64,000 bases of DNA from Octopus sinensis (taxonomy: Eukaryota): positions 65,472,001 to 65,536,000 of the forward strand of contig NC_042999.1 of NCBI RefSeq assembly GCF_006345805.1, in the 5' to 3' direction. The notes below the pieces were generated by a model. The model did no database searches, had not been told where the DNA came from, and worked only from the letters and a program-made list of their open reading frames with translations. Of this stretch, positions 1-14,459 are shown in pieces. The number at the start of each line of letters is the position of its first letter. The stretch's first letter is position 1. The position numbers were made by a program, and so were the translations under genes.

Positions 1-470
1 GGTATAAAAGATGGGCTAAAGCGAATATCCTGCTTAATACCACAGATTTTCTGGTCAGTTGTTTGACCTTAACCAGTTGAGCATGTCCCTTAGTGGCTGA
101 CGATATGTGCATCTCTGATCACGAGCGGAAGTAGTGGGGGAGCATCATAGCCATGTGTTGAGAGGGATTCTTTGGGGTTTGAATAATTCACCTCTGGAAA
201 CATGGGTGTTTCGTTCAACATCCTTAATCAACCCTCATTCAGGGATCTTTCGAGTTGGATGGGCTACTCGACCAGAAGAAAATTCTAACTGGGCCCCACC
301 TGCAAGGTCATGTGCTGTTTATCTTGATATGAGATCACTATGTCGCACACATATGGTTGCGATGCATGTGGCTAGTGTACCATTATAATACGGGTAGTCA
401 TGATGGGTATACTGGCTTTCGTATATTTTACCCCTGTGTCACTTTGATGGCATGCACTGCACTCTCACCC

Positions 471-504
<34 letters not shown>

Positions 505-1500
505 TGCAGTAGCAGGCAGTGGCTCTCATGGCTTCTGATCTTAACTGATTGGAAGTGTTATCATGTACATTGTTTTGTCTTGGTATAAAAGATGGGCTAC
601 AGCAAATATTCTGCTCAATACCACAGATTTGTATGCCCTGATGCAGTACCAGGCAGTGGCTCTCATGGCTTCTGATCTTAACTGATTGGAAGTGTTATCA
701 TGTACATTGTTTTGTCTTGGTATAAAAGATGGGCTACAGCAAATATTCTGCTCAATACCACAGATTTGCTTGTCAGTTGTTTGACCTTAACCAGTTGAGC
801 ATGTCCCTTAGTGGCTGACGATATGTGCATCTCTGATCACGAGCAGAAGTAGTGGGGGAGCATCATAGCCATGTGTTGAGAAGGATTCTTTGGGGTTTGA
901 ATAATTCACCTCTGGAAACATGAGTGTTTCGTTCAACATCCTTAAACAAGCCTTATTCAGGGACCTTTTGAGCGGGATGGGTTACTCGATCTGAAGAAAA
1001 TTCTAACTGGGCTCCACCTGCAAGGTCATGTGCTGTTTATCTTGATATGAGATCACCATGTCGCGCACATATGGTTGTGATGCATGTGCCTGGTGTGCCC
1101 TTATCAGACGGGTAGTCATGATGGGTATACTGGGCTTCGTATATTTTACCCCAGTGTCACTTCAATGGCATGCTCTGCTCGCTCACTCAATAATAATAAT
1201 AATGCCCTAAAGCAGTACCAGACAGTGACTCTCATGGCTTCTGGTCTTAACTGATTGGAAGTGTTATCATGTACATTATTTTGTCATAGTATAAAAGATG
1301 GGCTACAGCAAATATTCTGCTCAATACCACAGATTTGCTTGTCAGTTGTTTGACCTTAAGCAGTTGACCATGTCTCTTAGTGGCTCTCGATATGTGCATC
1401 TCTGATCACAAGCAGAAATAGTGGGGGAGCATCATGGCCGTGTGTTGAAAGGAATTCTTAGAGGTTTGGATAATTCACATACATGAGTGGTTCGTTCAAT
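1..1500 (+). mobile_element. Cluster of four copies of a ~556-bp non-coding (AAT)n-associated retroelement (full copy 633-1188; partial copies 1-470, 504-630, 1203-1498)
   Basis: Near-identical blocks (ATGCCCTGATGCAGTACCAGG...CTCACTC) mostly separated by (AAT)n; the same sequence recurs at 33556 and 34101. Confidence 0.8.
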
Positions 1501-2349
1501 AATAAAGTTAGGATATATCCGCATCATTTAAATGAAACAAAAAAATTAACTAAAATCAGTTTAAAGAAAAAAATCTTAATTACAGCTAAAATATAAATTT
1601 CATTACTATCCACAAAAATGTTTGTGTATTTCTTTTATTTTTTTGACATACTGTGGTGAATGGAATTCAAGCTAAATACTAATAAAAAATTTTAATTTAA
1701 TCTCTATGTATCCCGCTGTAAACTTTAAATTGTTAACTTTAATATTTTAAATATTTTAACAATCAAAATATACCCCAAGTATCTTGGCGAATTCGGAAGA
1801 CAAATATAAAATCTCACGATATATTTTGCAATATTCACCTCTTGGAATAAATTCGGACTCTGAAAGATAAGTTTTCAAAGTTAGAAATACATTTGCAACT
1901 ATTGAATTTTCCATTAGTTTCAAACTGTTCTTAATTAGACATTCACACTATTCTATTTGGTTCTATTGTTATTAATTCACAACTAGACACGACAAGGCTA
2001 AATAAAATCGTATCATTTAATTCCGCCAGAAAGGAAGATTGGTGGGGAATAGTGCAGTCTGTATAATTTTACATTATAACTCTCTCTTTCTCTCTCTCTC
2101 TCCTCTCTCTGTATATCTGTGTGTGCGTGCGTGCACATAACAGTTCATAATATCAGTGTGATTTGTCCAGCATTCAACAGATTAAACGAGCCAAAGTTGT
2201 TGATTGCATGACAATGATAATGATGATGATGATGATGATAATGCTAACAACAAAAATAATTATCCCCATTTCGGCTTCAATATGAAATGAAACCACTAAT
2301 TGTTATATAAATGCTACACAGTATTTCTAAACACGTTCCTGGATATAAG

Positions 2350-2812
2350 TGATTTTGAAATGACCATAAGAAACTGCATTCAGTTGGAAAATACAATAAA
2401 AGTTGTTCATATAGCCAGGCAGATACTAAAATGGGAATAGAATGAGACAACCATGCATGTCAAACCTACTATAACAGGCAAATTAACGAAGAACATTAAT
2501 ATTAAATTAGATTTAGTCACTGAATCCACAGCATTGGGCGAGACTCACGTATAAATATGTTGAGGTACAAAGAATTGAAGAATCGAACTAAAACATAATT
2601 CGTGCAGCAATGTCAGAGTAATATGTAGATAAGACTAAACTCGGTACTAGGAATAAGATAATGGGTATTAATGTACTTGAGATCACAACTTCTGCATAAA
2701 ATTTAAAAACTAATATTAGGAAACTATTAACAGCTTTCCAAATTTACCGTCCTAGATTTGGCTTGTATACACAGCCCTTACAAAGGTGGGAAGAGCTGGA
2801 GAGCTACTACAG
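2350..2812 (+). pseudogene. Highly decayed R4/Dong-like RT fragment
   Basis: Broken translation contains YKYVEV (cf. YKYLG), IRKLLT and GG..; many stops; AAT-type repeats nearby. Confidence 0.4.
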
Positions 2813-4081
2813 TGATAATAATGGAAATCGAAATATTCTTAGAAGGAGGAAAAACGAAACAAAAATGAATGAAATAGGTAAAGAAAAAACTCAGTAGTAC
2901 ACACTCAGTCCCTTTTTCTATAAACCACAAACAATAATGTGTAATCAAAAAGTAACTACATTAAGGACCAACATTTGCACTAAAAAAAAACAAGATGTTA
3001 CTAATACAAAGCAAAAAATCGAAACGAAGTTAAAATATTCTAAAAATGAAGAAATTCCTTCTTTACTTCGTGTCCAAATACTTCATAAAACCTAACAAGA
3101 GGGCAGTCAGAATACGTCTTGTATCCCGGCCTTAAAAATATTCACGCAAAACATTAAACAACCAAGATTATAATCTAATGATGTAACTTTTCACTGGTAT
3201 TCGTTTTCTGCTAACGAATTAAAATATCATCGAACAATGGCAACTTACCCTCAAGGACATCCTAATCTTATGAAATGGAAAAAAGTTATTAATACATTAA
3301 GTTGTCCTAAACATGCAATATCTAATAAATGAAGGGTTAGTTATAGTTGGAAGTATCTTGATTATAGGCCTGGTGAATCAAAGCTCAGCTGGGACTAACA
3401 GCAATGAAAAACAGTGAATTATTGCTGCCAGCATATTCTTCTGTCAGGCTTCAAGTTAAGAACATCGTTTTATCATTCTATTTTCTGTAATAATATTGTA
3501 ATTTATCAAAATAAGTTAATATTATATTTTGTGGATTTTTCTAAAGACAGTGAGCTACAAACGTTGTTGTTCCTACATAATCAGGTGATGAGAATCAGAC
3601 TTTTGCTCATGACTGTCTTATTCGCTGAAATAACTGGTAAGTTCATTGCTAATATAAACGGAAACACTTAACATAGTCTCCCTAATTTTCTGCTTTTCGA
3701 TTAATTAATTATCTTGGGACGTCAGAGCTTTTATCTCGTCGCTGCATAATTATCCATCGTGTAAATTTCAATAAATGTGTTTTGACAACGCCAACTGCCA
3801 CTTGATTACTCGTTTCTCTGTTTTCCTTTGCAGAAACTATTTAAGTTGCAAGATTCTTCAAACTAATTAATAGATTATCTTCTTTAAATTCTTTCTGCAG
3901 TCATATCCATTTGTGTATTATGTCCGTGAATCTACTTAAGGAGACTACTTGTATCTTGTATTTATTGAATGTCAATATGTCCTTTGCTATCGTTACTATT
4001 TTCGAGCATCTATGTGTTAGAAATATCAAACGTTTTACATTGCAATATAAGACACACATACACAACCCCCACACACATGTG

Positions 4082-4206
<125 letters not shown>

Positions 4207-4913
4207 AGCGTAAGCGTGGCTCTGTGGTAAGAAGCTTTCTTACCAATCACATGGTTCCGGGTTCAGTCCCATTGCGAGGCTCCTTTTACAATTGTCTCCT
4301 ACTATAGCCTCCGGCCACACAATACATTGTAAATGGATATACATATATAAGAGAATACAAAACATGTGACAAGAACGCAATACATCCAGACATTTAGATG
4401 AAACAAAACAGGACAAGAAAAAACAAGGACGGATCATTCGGAGTGATTTTTTGTCATCTATATTCCTTCCCGTGCCTGTCATCTCTTATGCCCCTGTCAT
4501 AATGCTTGACTTTCATACACGCCAGCTTAAGTTAATTCGTCCTTAGTCGAAAGACACCGCTTGTTAGTCTGTTGTTTGTATTTGTTTTCGTGTACCACTT
4601 CACCGGGGCTTTTTTCGTCCTTGTTTTCGTATACATTCGCTGCTTTCTTCCAAGGAATTTAGTGCTCTAAGCTTAGTTTTTCCTTAGGGCTGGCCAGATT
4701 GGAGCAGTCTCGAGTAAAACCAGCCGAAACTGCAAATCCAGTCTGGAAATCGACTGACGAAAGGAAATTCCGAATGTCTCGTCCTTGTTTTTTTCTTGTC
4801 CCTTTTTTGTATCATCTAACTGTCTGAATGTTTTGCGTTCTTGTCTCATGTTTTGTATTCTTACTTATATACATATAGCAGCGTACGTACACGTTGGTCT
4901 CTTATATGTAAGT

Positions 4914-4947
<34 letters not shown>

Positions 4948-5185
4948 TTATATTTATTTATTTATATTTTATATGTCTGTGTTTCTCTTCCCGACATCGC
5001 TTAACAACAGATGCCGATGTGTTTATGTCCCATTAACCTAGTGGTTCGGCGAAAGAGACCGATAAAATAAGTACGAGGATTACAAAGTGTAAGTCCCGGG
5101 GGCGATTTCTTCGACTAAGACCCTTAAGGCGGTGCTCAATCATGGTCGCAGTCAAATTACTGAAACCAGTAAGAGAGCAAAAGAA
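4207..5185 (+). mobile_element. tRNA-derived SINE family A, interrupted by an inverted-repeat insertion
   Basis: Head TGGCTCTGTGGTAAG...GGTTCAGTCCC (A/B boxes) and tail ...ACTGAAACCAGTAAGAG match other copies in the window. Confidence 0.75.
4346..4868. mobile_element. Inverted-repeat element (~115-bp arms), probably Penelope pLTR-derived
   Basis: 4346-4460 is the diverged reverse complement of 4752-4868; TA-rich flanks; CTGACGA..GAAT motif at 4754. Confidence 0.55.
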
Positions 5186-5505
5186 TATTTATACATATTT
5201 ATACATTGAAAAAGAGAGGAGGATATATTCTGGAAACTGTTCAAATTTTCCTGTTGCATTTTGTATGAACAATATGGAACATCCAGTCAGTCTAATTAAA
5301 ATAAATGTACTCATGCCAAATCTGACGTTGTATGATTTATTATAAAATATGTGGGAAGTGTGGCATTTGAGATACTATTCGAGAAGGTAAGAGGGATAGT
5401 GGTAGTAAACAGAGAAAGGAAGTTCACTCCCACATGCAAAGGGAATATGTATTTATACATATGTATGCATAGATGTATGTATGCAAAGAAATGTCTATCT
5501 CTTTC

Positions 5506-5547
<42 letters not shown>

Positions 5548-5576
5548 CATCTATCTATCTTTCTCTCTCTCTCTCT

Positions 5577-5626
<50 letters not shown>

Positions 5627-6207
5627 ACCTCTAAATGAATAGCTCTTCAAAGCACTGCATATTTAATCTAGAGCACACGTCCGCCACATTTGTCTTTGAC
5701 AGGGAAATCACTATTTTTATGGTTTATAAACATTTGACATTAACGGCAAATACATCTGGGAATGTACTTGGTCAGCCATAAAGCCTGAGAATCTAAAACT
5801 TTTTGATAACAAGAGAAAATCAAAAATATAAGAAAGAAAAGTAAAATCTGCAAAAATATAAAATAAATACAATAAAAAAAAACAGGAAATATAGGTTGAA
5901 CAAAAGACGAAATACAAAATTAACTGCAGATATTCTTTTGTACTGTAATAAAAATAGAATTGAAGCATAAATTCTACCTCTGAAAAGGGAGTTATTAAGA
6001 AAAGTGATTTCCAATATAAATATCGTTCATATATAAGGGCTTCAATCTTGGCGTTACGAGGTGTTGTTACTCGAAATACCATGAAATGTCCTGAAACTTA
6101 TATGAAAGCTGAGATCTATAACAAATATTGGCTGCAGACATATAGCTTAATTGTACATACACCTGGATGTGCATGCATGCTTGCAAGTTAGTATATTTAT
6201 GCATATA

Positions 6208-6415
6208 CTCTTTTACTTGTTTCAGTCATTTTACTGTTGCCATGCCGGAGCACCGCCTTTAGTCGAGCAAATCGACCCCAGGACTTATTCTTGGAAGCCT
6301 AGTACTTATTCTATCGGACTCTTTTGCTGAACTGCTAAGTTCCGAGGACGTAAACACACCAGCATCGGTGGTCAAGAGATGTTGGGGAGACAAGCACAGA
6401 CACACAAACATATAC

Positions 6416-6446
<31 letters not shown>

Positions 6447-6620
6447 ATATATATACATGTCGGGCTTCTTTCAGTTTTAGTCCACAAACTCCACTCACAA
6501 GGCTTTGGACGGCCCGCGGCCAAAGTAGAAAACAGCTGCCCAAGGTAGCACGCAGTGGGACTGAACCCGGAACCATGTGGTTCGTAAGCAAGCTACTTAC
6601 AACGCAGCCACATCTACGCC
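6208..6620 (-). mobile_element. SINE family A, full length
   Basis: Complete head, internal microsatellite and tail on the minus strand. Confidence 0.9.
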
Positions 6621-7243
6621 TATATATATATATATAATATATATATATATTATATATGTATACCTCTAAATGAATAGCTCTTCAAAGCACTGCATATTTA
6701 ATCTAGAGCACACGTCCGCCACATTTGTCTTTGACAGGGAAATCACTATTTTTATGGTTTATAAACATTTGACATTAACGGCAAATACATCTGGGAATGT
6801 ACTTGGTCAGCCATAAAGCCTGAGAATCTAAAACTTTTTGATAACAAGAGAAAATCAAAAATATAAGAAAGAAAAGTAAAATCTGCAAAAATATAAAATA
6901 AATACAATAAAAAAAAACAGGAAATATAGGTTGAACAAAAGACGAAATACAAAATTAACTGCAGATATTCTTTTGTACTGTAATAAAAATAGAATTGAAG
7001 CATAAATTCTTACCTCTGAAAAGGGAGTTATTAAGAAAAGTGATTTCCAATATAAATATCGTTCATATATAAGGGCTTCAATCTTGGCGTTACGAGGTGT
7101 TGTTACTCGAAATACCATGAAATGTCCTGAAACTTATATGAAAGCTGAGATCTATAACAAATATTGGCTGCAGACATATAGCTTAATTGTACATACACCT
7201 GGATGTGCATGCATGCTTGCAAGTTAGTATATTTATGCATATA

Positions 7244-7452
7244 CTCTTTTACTTGTTTCAGTCATTTTACTGTTGCCATGCCGGAGCACCGCCTTTAGTC
7301 GAGCAAATCGACCCCAGGACTTATTCTTTGGAAGCCTAGTACTTATTCTATCGGACTCTTTTGCTGAACTGCTAAGTTCCGAGGACGTAAACACACCAGC
7401 ATCGGTGGTCAAGAGATGTTGGGGAGACAAGCACAGACACACAAACATATAC

Positions 7453-7483
<31 letters not shown>

Positions 7484-7655
7484 ATATATATACATGTCGG
7501 GCTTCTTTCAGTTTTAGTCCACAAACTCCACTCACAAGGCTTTGGACGGCCCGCGGCCAAAGTAGAAAACAGCTGCCCAAGGTAGCACGCAGTGGGACTG
7601 AACCCGGAACCATGTGGTTCGTAAGCAAGCTACTTACAACGCAGCCACATCTACG

Positions 7656-7657
<2 letters not shown>
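7244..7657 (-). mobile_element. SINE family A, duplicate of the 6208 copy
   Basis: Essentially identical to 6208-6620. Confidence 0.9.
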
Positions 7658-7731
<74 letters not shown>

Positions 7732-8380
7732 CGTGTGTGTGTGTGTGTATAGTGTATACATATGCATATAGTGTATAATGTGGACATACATGTATGACAA
7801 AACTGATACGATCCTTCGATTAAAGGAAGCAGGATATTGATGTATAGCATTTTCGATGTAGAAATAGTGATCTCTGCTACCGACTACATCTTTTGAATGA
7901 GACTTACTTGATATTTCTTGTCTGTAGCAAATAACAGTGAATACCGCTAGCGTGGGTTGTTGTACACTTTACTTCGTCTTCTTGCATGTATGCATATATT
8001 TGCGAGATTTTTGTCTAGGCTGATTTTTGTTGATTGTTCTATTGGTTGTTATGCACGCTATCACCAATTTGATATTAGTATATGAGCTTATCAAACACTA
8101 ATTAATTGGCAATTCAATGAAATCAATTCGGCCGCATACTAAAACCGTAGACGTTTGAATTAGGTTGGATACTTCAGTATGACTTGTCCTTAATCAGGCG
8201 ATATTAGCAATGTAAAATGTTTCTATTCATTTTAGAGTAAGCGATTTTAAATACAAATATTTTCAAGAGCAATTCTGTTGAATATCACATTGATAACATC
8301 TGGTTTACACCTCAAATTTGCCTTTCCATCTCCTCAATTAATGTGCCTTACATTTATATGATGATTTTGGTGTATATATA

Positions 8381-8500
8381 TGGTTCCGGGTTCAGTCTCA
8401 CAGCGTGATACCCTGGGTAAGTAACTTCTAATGTAGCCTCGGGGCGATCAAAGCCTTGTGCGTGGATTTGATAGTCGGTAACTGAAAGAAAACTGTTGTG
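8381..8500 (+). mobile_element. SINE family A, 5' fragment
   Basis: TGGTTCCGGGTTCAGTC...ACTGAAAGAA. Confidence 0.7.
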
Positions 8501-8713
8501 TATATGTACATACATACATACATAGATATATGTGTGTGTGAGTGTGCGTGTGTGTCTGTGTGTGTGCATGCATGTGTGTGTATAGATCAACATATTTTGA
8601 CTCAAATTCGCTGATACCAATGAATTTGATTAGAAGCTGTTTTGATCCATACATGTAACTCTCAATAAATTGGTTGAGTGCCTTTCTTTCGTTTGTGTAC
8701 TTACGATATATAT

Positions 8714-8773
<60 letters not shown>

Positions 8774-8981
8774 AAGAGATTCTGAGTTTTCCAAACGTAT
8801 CCTAGTGTAATCCCTATATTGTCCTTTGTACGCGTTGATGATTTGCCATACAAGATATTTAAAATGCAAAATTATATATTAAACCGGTGTATCTTGGATA
8901 AAATATCACTATAAGAGGTTTAAATATCCTCAATGTGACTACATACACACATACATACACACATACACTCACACACACATA

Positions 8982-9094
<113 letters not shown>

Positions 9095-9119
9095 ATATTC
9101 ATATATATATATACATATG

Positions 9120-9330
9120 TGTCTGTGTTTGTTCCCCAGTACTGCCTGACGAGCGGTGCTGATGTTTTTACGTCCCCATATCTTAGCGGCCCACTAAATG
9201 ACACCGATAGAATAAGTACCAATATTTACAAAAGACATAAGCACTGGGGTTGATTCATTCGACTAAAACAAATTTCTTCATGACGGTGCCCCAAAATGGC
9301 CGCAGTCTAATGACTGAAACAAGGAAAAAG
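9120..9330 (+). mobile_element. SINE family A, 3' half
   Basis: TTTACGTCCCC...ACCGATAGAATAAGTAC...TGACTGAAACAAG. Confidence 0.7.
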
Positions 9331-12300
9331 CAAAAATTAAAAATTAAAGATTTAATTGACTTGTGAACATTTGATTAAGATTCCGTACGAGTTGAATTCT
9401 GATACAACTATAAGCCTATAAAGTACAGAATTATATTCAAATGCTTTACAGACGAGACCACACCGTCATTTATCAGTGGCTATATTGCTCAATGTCTCCT
9501 TCATACATCAAGACGCTACTGCACGGTTTGTGGAAAAATTAACCTGCCTTTTTTAGTAGGTCAAATCACTGGGTATGGATGCATTTATTTGGTAGAATTT
9601 ATGAAAACTGGCCACTTCTGAGGTACATACAAGCAAAGCTTAGCAGTTAAAACTTTTGCTTCGGAATTATTTGGTCGAGCGCATCTTGAGAAGATGATTT
9701 GTACCTACGATTTGAGGTGATCTAAATTATATGATTAAAATTCGGTGAACGAAAAGAGTTGGATTGGAACTATGCCACGTGGAATTGGCCGTGAAGTAAG
9801 TTGAGTTTTCTTGTGTCTATAGAGTACTCAGCCACCTAGGATGTAATACAACGAATCGGTATTTCGGAGAGGGAGCATAAACAACCGATTGATATGACCA
9901 GCTGCCTATCACGAAGTCTCATATTCCATACTAATGGTTGGTATCTAGAGCAAATGATTTACTCTGTTTTCTCGAGTCCAACGTAGACTTGTACAACAAA
10001 ATGGACGGATGTAAACGGAAACTGTACAGAAGCCTGTGTAATGGATTTTATTTTTAATTCAAAAGCAAAATATTATCACACATTGTGACATATTGTAGCG
10101 AGGATTACGTTAAAGATAATTCAGTTGAACTAGCAACTTAGCGTCGCAGCTGATGGAATATTCGAATATGTTTAGTAGTGATATACGTACATACATACAC
10201 GCTCACACACGCACATATAAAGATCGTCGAAGTACTTTCGTGGTACTGAAGCCGTCATATAATTCCGTTATCAGCTTTGAATGATTTCGCATGCTTACAT
10301 CTCATAAACATATATTACGTTTATTAAACATACGTATGCAAACTTATCACACACTCATCAAAATCCATTTGCTGTTTAGTTTTATTTTAGAGCTTGGGAG
10401 ATTATATCAACCTTTTATCTGGTAGCACTTATGATCGATACTGGCTAATCTGTTGTAGGTGATGCGATATGCTGTCTAGCATTATTCAGTCTTCGTACTA
10501 TTAAGTATGAAGTACCACTTACATATTTCTCTTATAATCTCTGCTGGAATGATATGCATTTAAAAATAATTTGTTGCTTGTCATGTTTTTGTTGTCTAAT
10601 TTTCACTGGATATATGCTTCCTACCTTTAAATGTAATGGTCAGACGGTGATTAGTCCAAAATTTAGCAACATATAATTCATACAGGTCAAACGATAAAAG
10701 GAGAAATAATACACATCGTACACCTATATCTTGCAATTCTTTCTTTTCATCCATGTCATTAAATTTATTCTGCTTTCGGTTGCCAGATACATTTATTATA
10801 TGTCTTTTTATTAACCAAAATTTAGCTATTATCTTCACTGAATTTCTGTCGAGTCAGATCGTTTGTATTTCTGTGTCTAAATTGTTGCCTATGCAAGCAG
10901 AAATAAGCGTTGATTGATCGAACAAACTTCTATACATAGGAACTTGTTAAATTTGTGAAATATTTTCGTTAAAACATTTATTGGTAACATTGTCATATCA
11001 CTTACGAAACAAGGAATGCCTTTCCTCGTTTTAATTCATATAATAATTTCCACCCTGTTTCCTTATATCATCTTACCTATGTATACTGGAAGGTACGAAA
11101 TAATACGTTTGCCTGTTCGAATACAGTGAGTTTGAATTTAGTGACTGATAATATGCAGGAACGTTAAACCGTATTTTGGTGTGAAACCGTCAAAGTATTG
11201 GAAGTGTTAAACCGAAATCATTAACGATTTCTTGTAATGTTTACGTTCTCATAAGGAATATATGAAGCAGGTAGATGTTTATTCACAAGTGTGAATTATT
11301 ATCTCTTTCTCCACATTTCTTTCTGTATAGGTCTGATTCACGTGAGTAATTATGAATCGGAATATTTCTATTTTAAACCTCTAAATTGTGCATCCGTTGA
11401 CATGTAATAAAACTAAGTTGACAGCCAAGGCCGCTGAAGTGTTTCTCTTATGACAGATACCATTCTTTACAATGTGTTTAGACTTCTTACCTGGCACACT
11501 TTATTACTTTACCTACAATTCATGCAACTTTTAGTAGCTTGCACCGAAGGAGAGGATACACCTCTCCCACTCCTTCTCTTCTTTACTACTTGATGAAGGT
11601 CAAAATCTCAAAATTTTAGGCTCTTCACACTTTCTGCTTATTAAACTTATTAAGCTATCATTAAATCTTTGGAAAAATAATTACAGAAAACCCCCCTACC
11701 AGTTTACTTGGAGTCTGAATTTCATACATGCATTATTATCCTCACATATACAGCCGTATATGTCTATATTATATATAAAGTATTTCCCTTAAAAGCACCT
11801 TTATGCGTCTTGTAATGTAAAAGAGCTTATTGTACACTCCTATGTTATTTTCTTTCTCCCTAATTCAAAAGTACTAGCAAACGGTTCTCCTTGCTCATGT
11901 TCATATTATAGCTGTGTGCTGTTAGAGTAATTTTCTATACTTGACACATTTATTACAGAATTTGCTTGAATTTTCAACTCTGCAATTGGTCCCTAATTTT
12001 ATGTCGAACAATTTCCCGAGAAATTTTTTCGTTCTGACTACAATAGAGCTTTTAGAAGACAAAATGCTGCAGTGGCAAGCAGTGACAAGCAGTGACTCTC
12101 ACTGTAATAACGAAGCAACATCAATTACAAAAAGAAAAAAATGGCCTTTTCAACAGAAGGTGTCAAAAAGACACGTGATAAAGAAGTCTTCGTGTCAACA
12201 GCAAAAGTTAGAGGAAATGCTTTAAACCTCGTAGATTAACAATCCGATGTCTGAACTGCAGAAAAAACAGAAAACGGAATACGGAATTGGCAACGAGTGG

Positions 12301-12711
12301 GGTATTCGTCAACGGGAAATTGGATTGGGCCGGAGAAATCAAGCGAAATGAGTGTTGTGTTAGATAGCATAACACCTACACAAACAAAACGAAAATCGTC
12401 TATAAATCGAGTTTATGACAGTGAGCAAAAAGACATACATGCAGCATCAACAAAAGAACAAAAAGGCAAGATCCATAATAAGGGCCGCGACCAAAATAAC
12501 CAAATGACAACAATAAAAGCAGTAGAAGGAGAAAAAGCTACAAGCATATTAAGAAGACATACTGAGAACAGCAACAATAAAATTGCCAACAACCCGTAGA
12601 AAAACAAAACAACAACAAAACCTGATAGTCGACAACAAAGCAAGAACAAATTTTATTACAATAGTCACTACAACCCACACTCCAACGCTCCATCTTCACT
12701 TTCCTCTAAAG

Positions 12712-13198
12712 CAGTGGTTCCAAAGCTGGGGTCCACGAAGGTATTACTGGGGGTCCGTGAACTAAATTCAAACGGTCATATATATATATATGTTTTTAAA
12801 AAAATTTCTTTAATTTTTTCTAAATTTAATTATTTAATTGTTACAGTTGAAAAGGTCTCAATGACTGAAACCGGTAATGAAATGTTCTTTATAAAATTAT
12901 TTTAGCATTTTCTATCCTGACTTGTTTTTTCATATATATATATATATTAAAGGAGAAAATTAATTAATTAATAATTATACCAAGTAGATCGGTATGTTAA
13001 AACAACCATTATTGGTGAACTTATACAAAAATTCTATAATTATGAGTATAATTATAATTTCTTATGGTAGTGAAATAGTAGTTTTAACTGCTATTTCTAA
13101 ATTTCGGTATGTGGTGAAGCAAATTTTGCTGAACCCTAATGATAATTATAGTCATAATTATAGAATGTTTGTATATATTTATTATATGGGAACCCCTG
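12712..13198. mobile_element. hAT (Charlie-like) MITE
   Basis: TIRs CAGTGGTTCC / GGAACCCCTG; exact 8-bp TSD CTCTAAAG at 12704-12711 and 13199-13206. Confidence 0.85.
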
Positions 13199-13561
13199 CT
13201 CTAAAGGTTGACGTTTGTTCCAGCACTGCGGGAAAACATCGTCACGACTACAGACAGTGGAGATGATTTTGCCTTCCTAAACACCCTTCAAATAGACAGT
13301 ATATGTTGTAAAAACCGTACAAGGGTTGTAACAGATGCTTCATATACATTTCATTTTGTGAGATAAGTTGGGCACGAACATATTCTTACAGTGCCCTAAC
13401 AGCTCTTTAGCGGTAGGTTCTTAAACGTATTTTGATAGAATGTCAGCATTTGTTTCCTTTATCTTAGGTGTCTTCACGACAATTTTGCAATTTGTGTTAT
13501 TTCAAAAACGAAAACAAACGAAATATTTAATACGTCACAATACATACTATATTTCGTTTTG

Positions 13562-13790
13562 AGGCGGCGAACTGGCAGAATTGTTAACACGCTGGGCCAA
13601 ATGCTTAGCGGCATATCGTGCGTCGTTACGTTCTGAGTTCAAATTCTGCCGAGGTTGACTTTGCCTTTCATCTTTCTGAGTCGATGAAACAAAAATCGGT
13701 CAAGAACTGAGGTTCATATAAACGACACAATCCCTTCCTTCCAAACATCAGGCCTTAATCCTACAGAAAAGCGGGTTACTAATACTACTA
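13562..13790 (+). mobile_element. SINE family B with the 'CAGGCCTT' tail
   Basis: GGCGGCGAACTGGCAGAA...GAGTTCAAATTC head; tail runs into TAC/TAA repeats. Confidence 0.75.
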
Positions 13791-14459
13791 CTACTACTAT
13801 TTTGCTGTTTAGTAAGGGCAACCGGGAACCGAAACTGTTTTACAGAATTAACTTGCCCGAAGCTATCTTATTACTCTATGCTGGAATATATTCTATGGTA
13901 ATGTCAAGCAATATTGTTATTCTCATAACAACTCGAAACATTTATGAAACATCATATTGACATATATTTAGATTTACGCTGAATATATTTTCGTTCTTCA
14001 AAGACAAACTCATAAAATATGTTTGCGTATGTGATAAAAAGATCTTATATTAATGGAAATAGAAAGCCTAGCACAAAGGAAGCCTAATAAGACATCTTAC
14101 AGTCAACAAACATCAAAGGTATTATTATGTTGAGATTTGTTGAAATTTCATCTATCTTGTCGATATTTATAAGATTTATAGAAGCATCTCAATAACCGGT
14201 TGCCAAATCTTTGAAAATATCTAGTATGGAATAGTGACATTTTCCTGCGTTGTTGCGGGGGTTATGACATTTGACCTAAGCAAAATACAAAATATTCTAT
14301 GCTCCTACGACTCGCGCACTCGCTTGTATCCCGCTAGAAAACTTAAGCTATTTGCAATACATGGATTTACATTAAGTGTTGCAATAACCACAAGAGTAGT
14401 AATAGCTGTGTATATTAAAATTAATAGAATAAAGCTCCTTGCTCCTTCCTGTGTCATAT

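Larger units (their letters stand above)
5621..7657. repeat. Near-perfect ~1035-bp tandem duplication bounded by (TA)n
   Basis: 5621-6620 equals 6656-7657 apart from 1-bp homopolymer indels. Confidence 0.95.

Noticed and set aside
812-852. CTGACGA...GAAG in the 556-bp element as a hammerhead
   Set aside because: No GAAA and no convincing stems I or III
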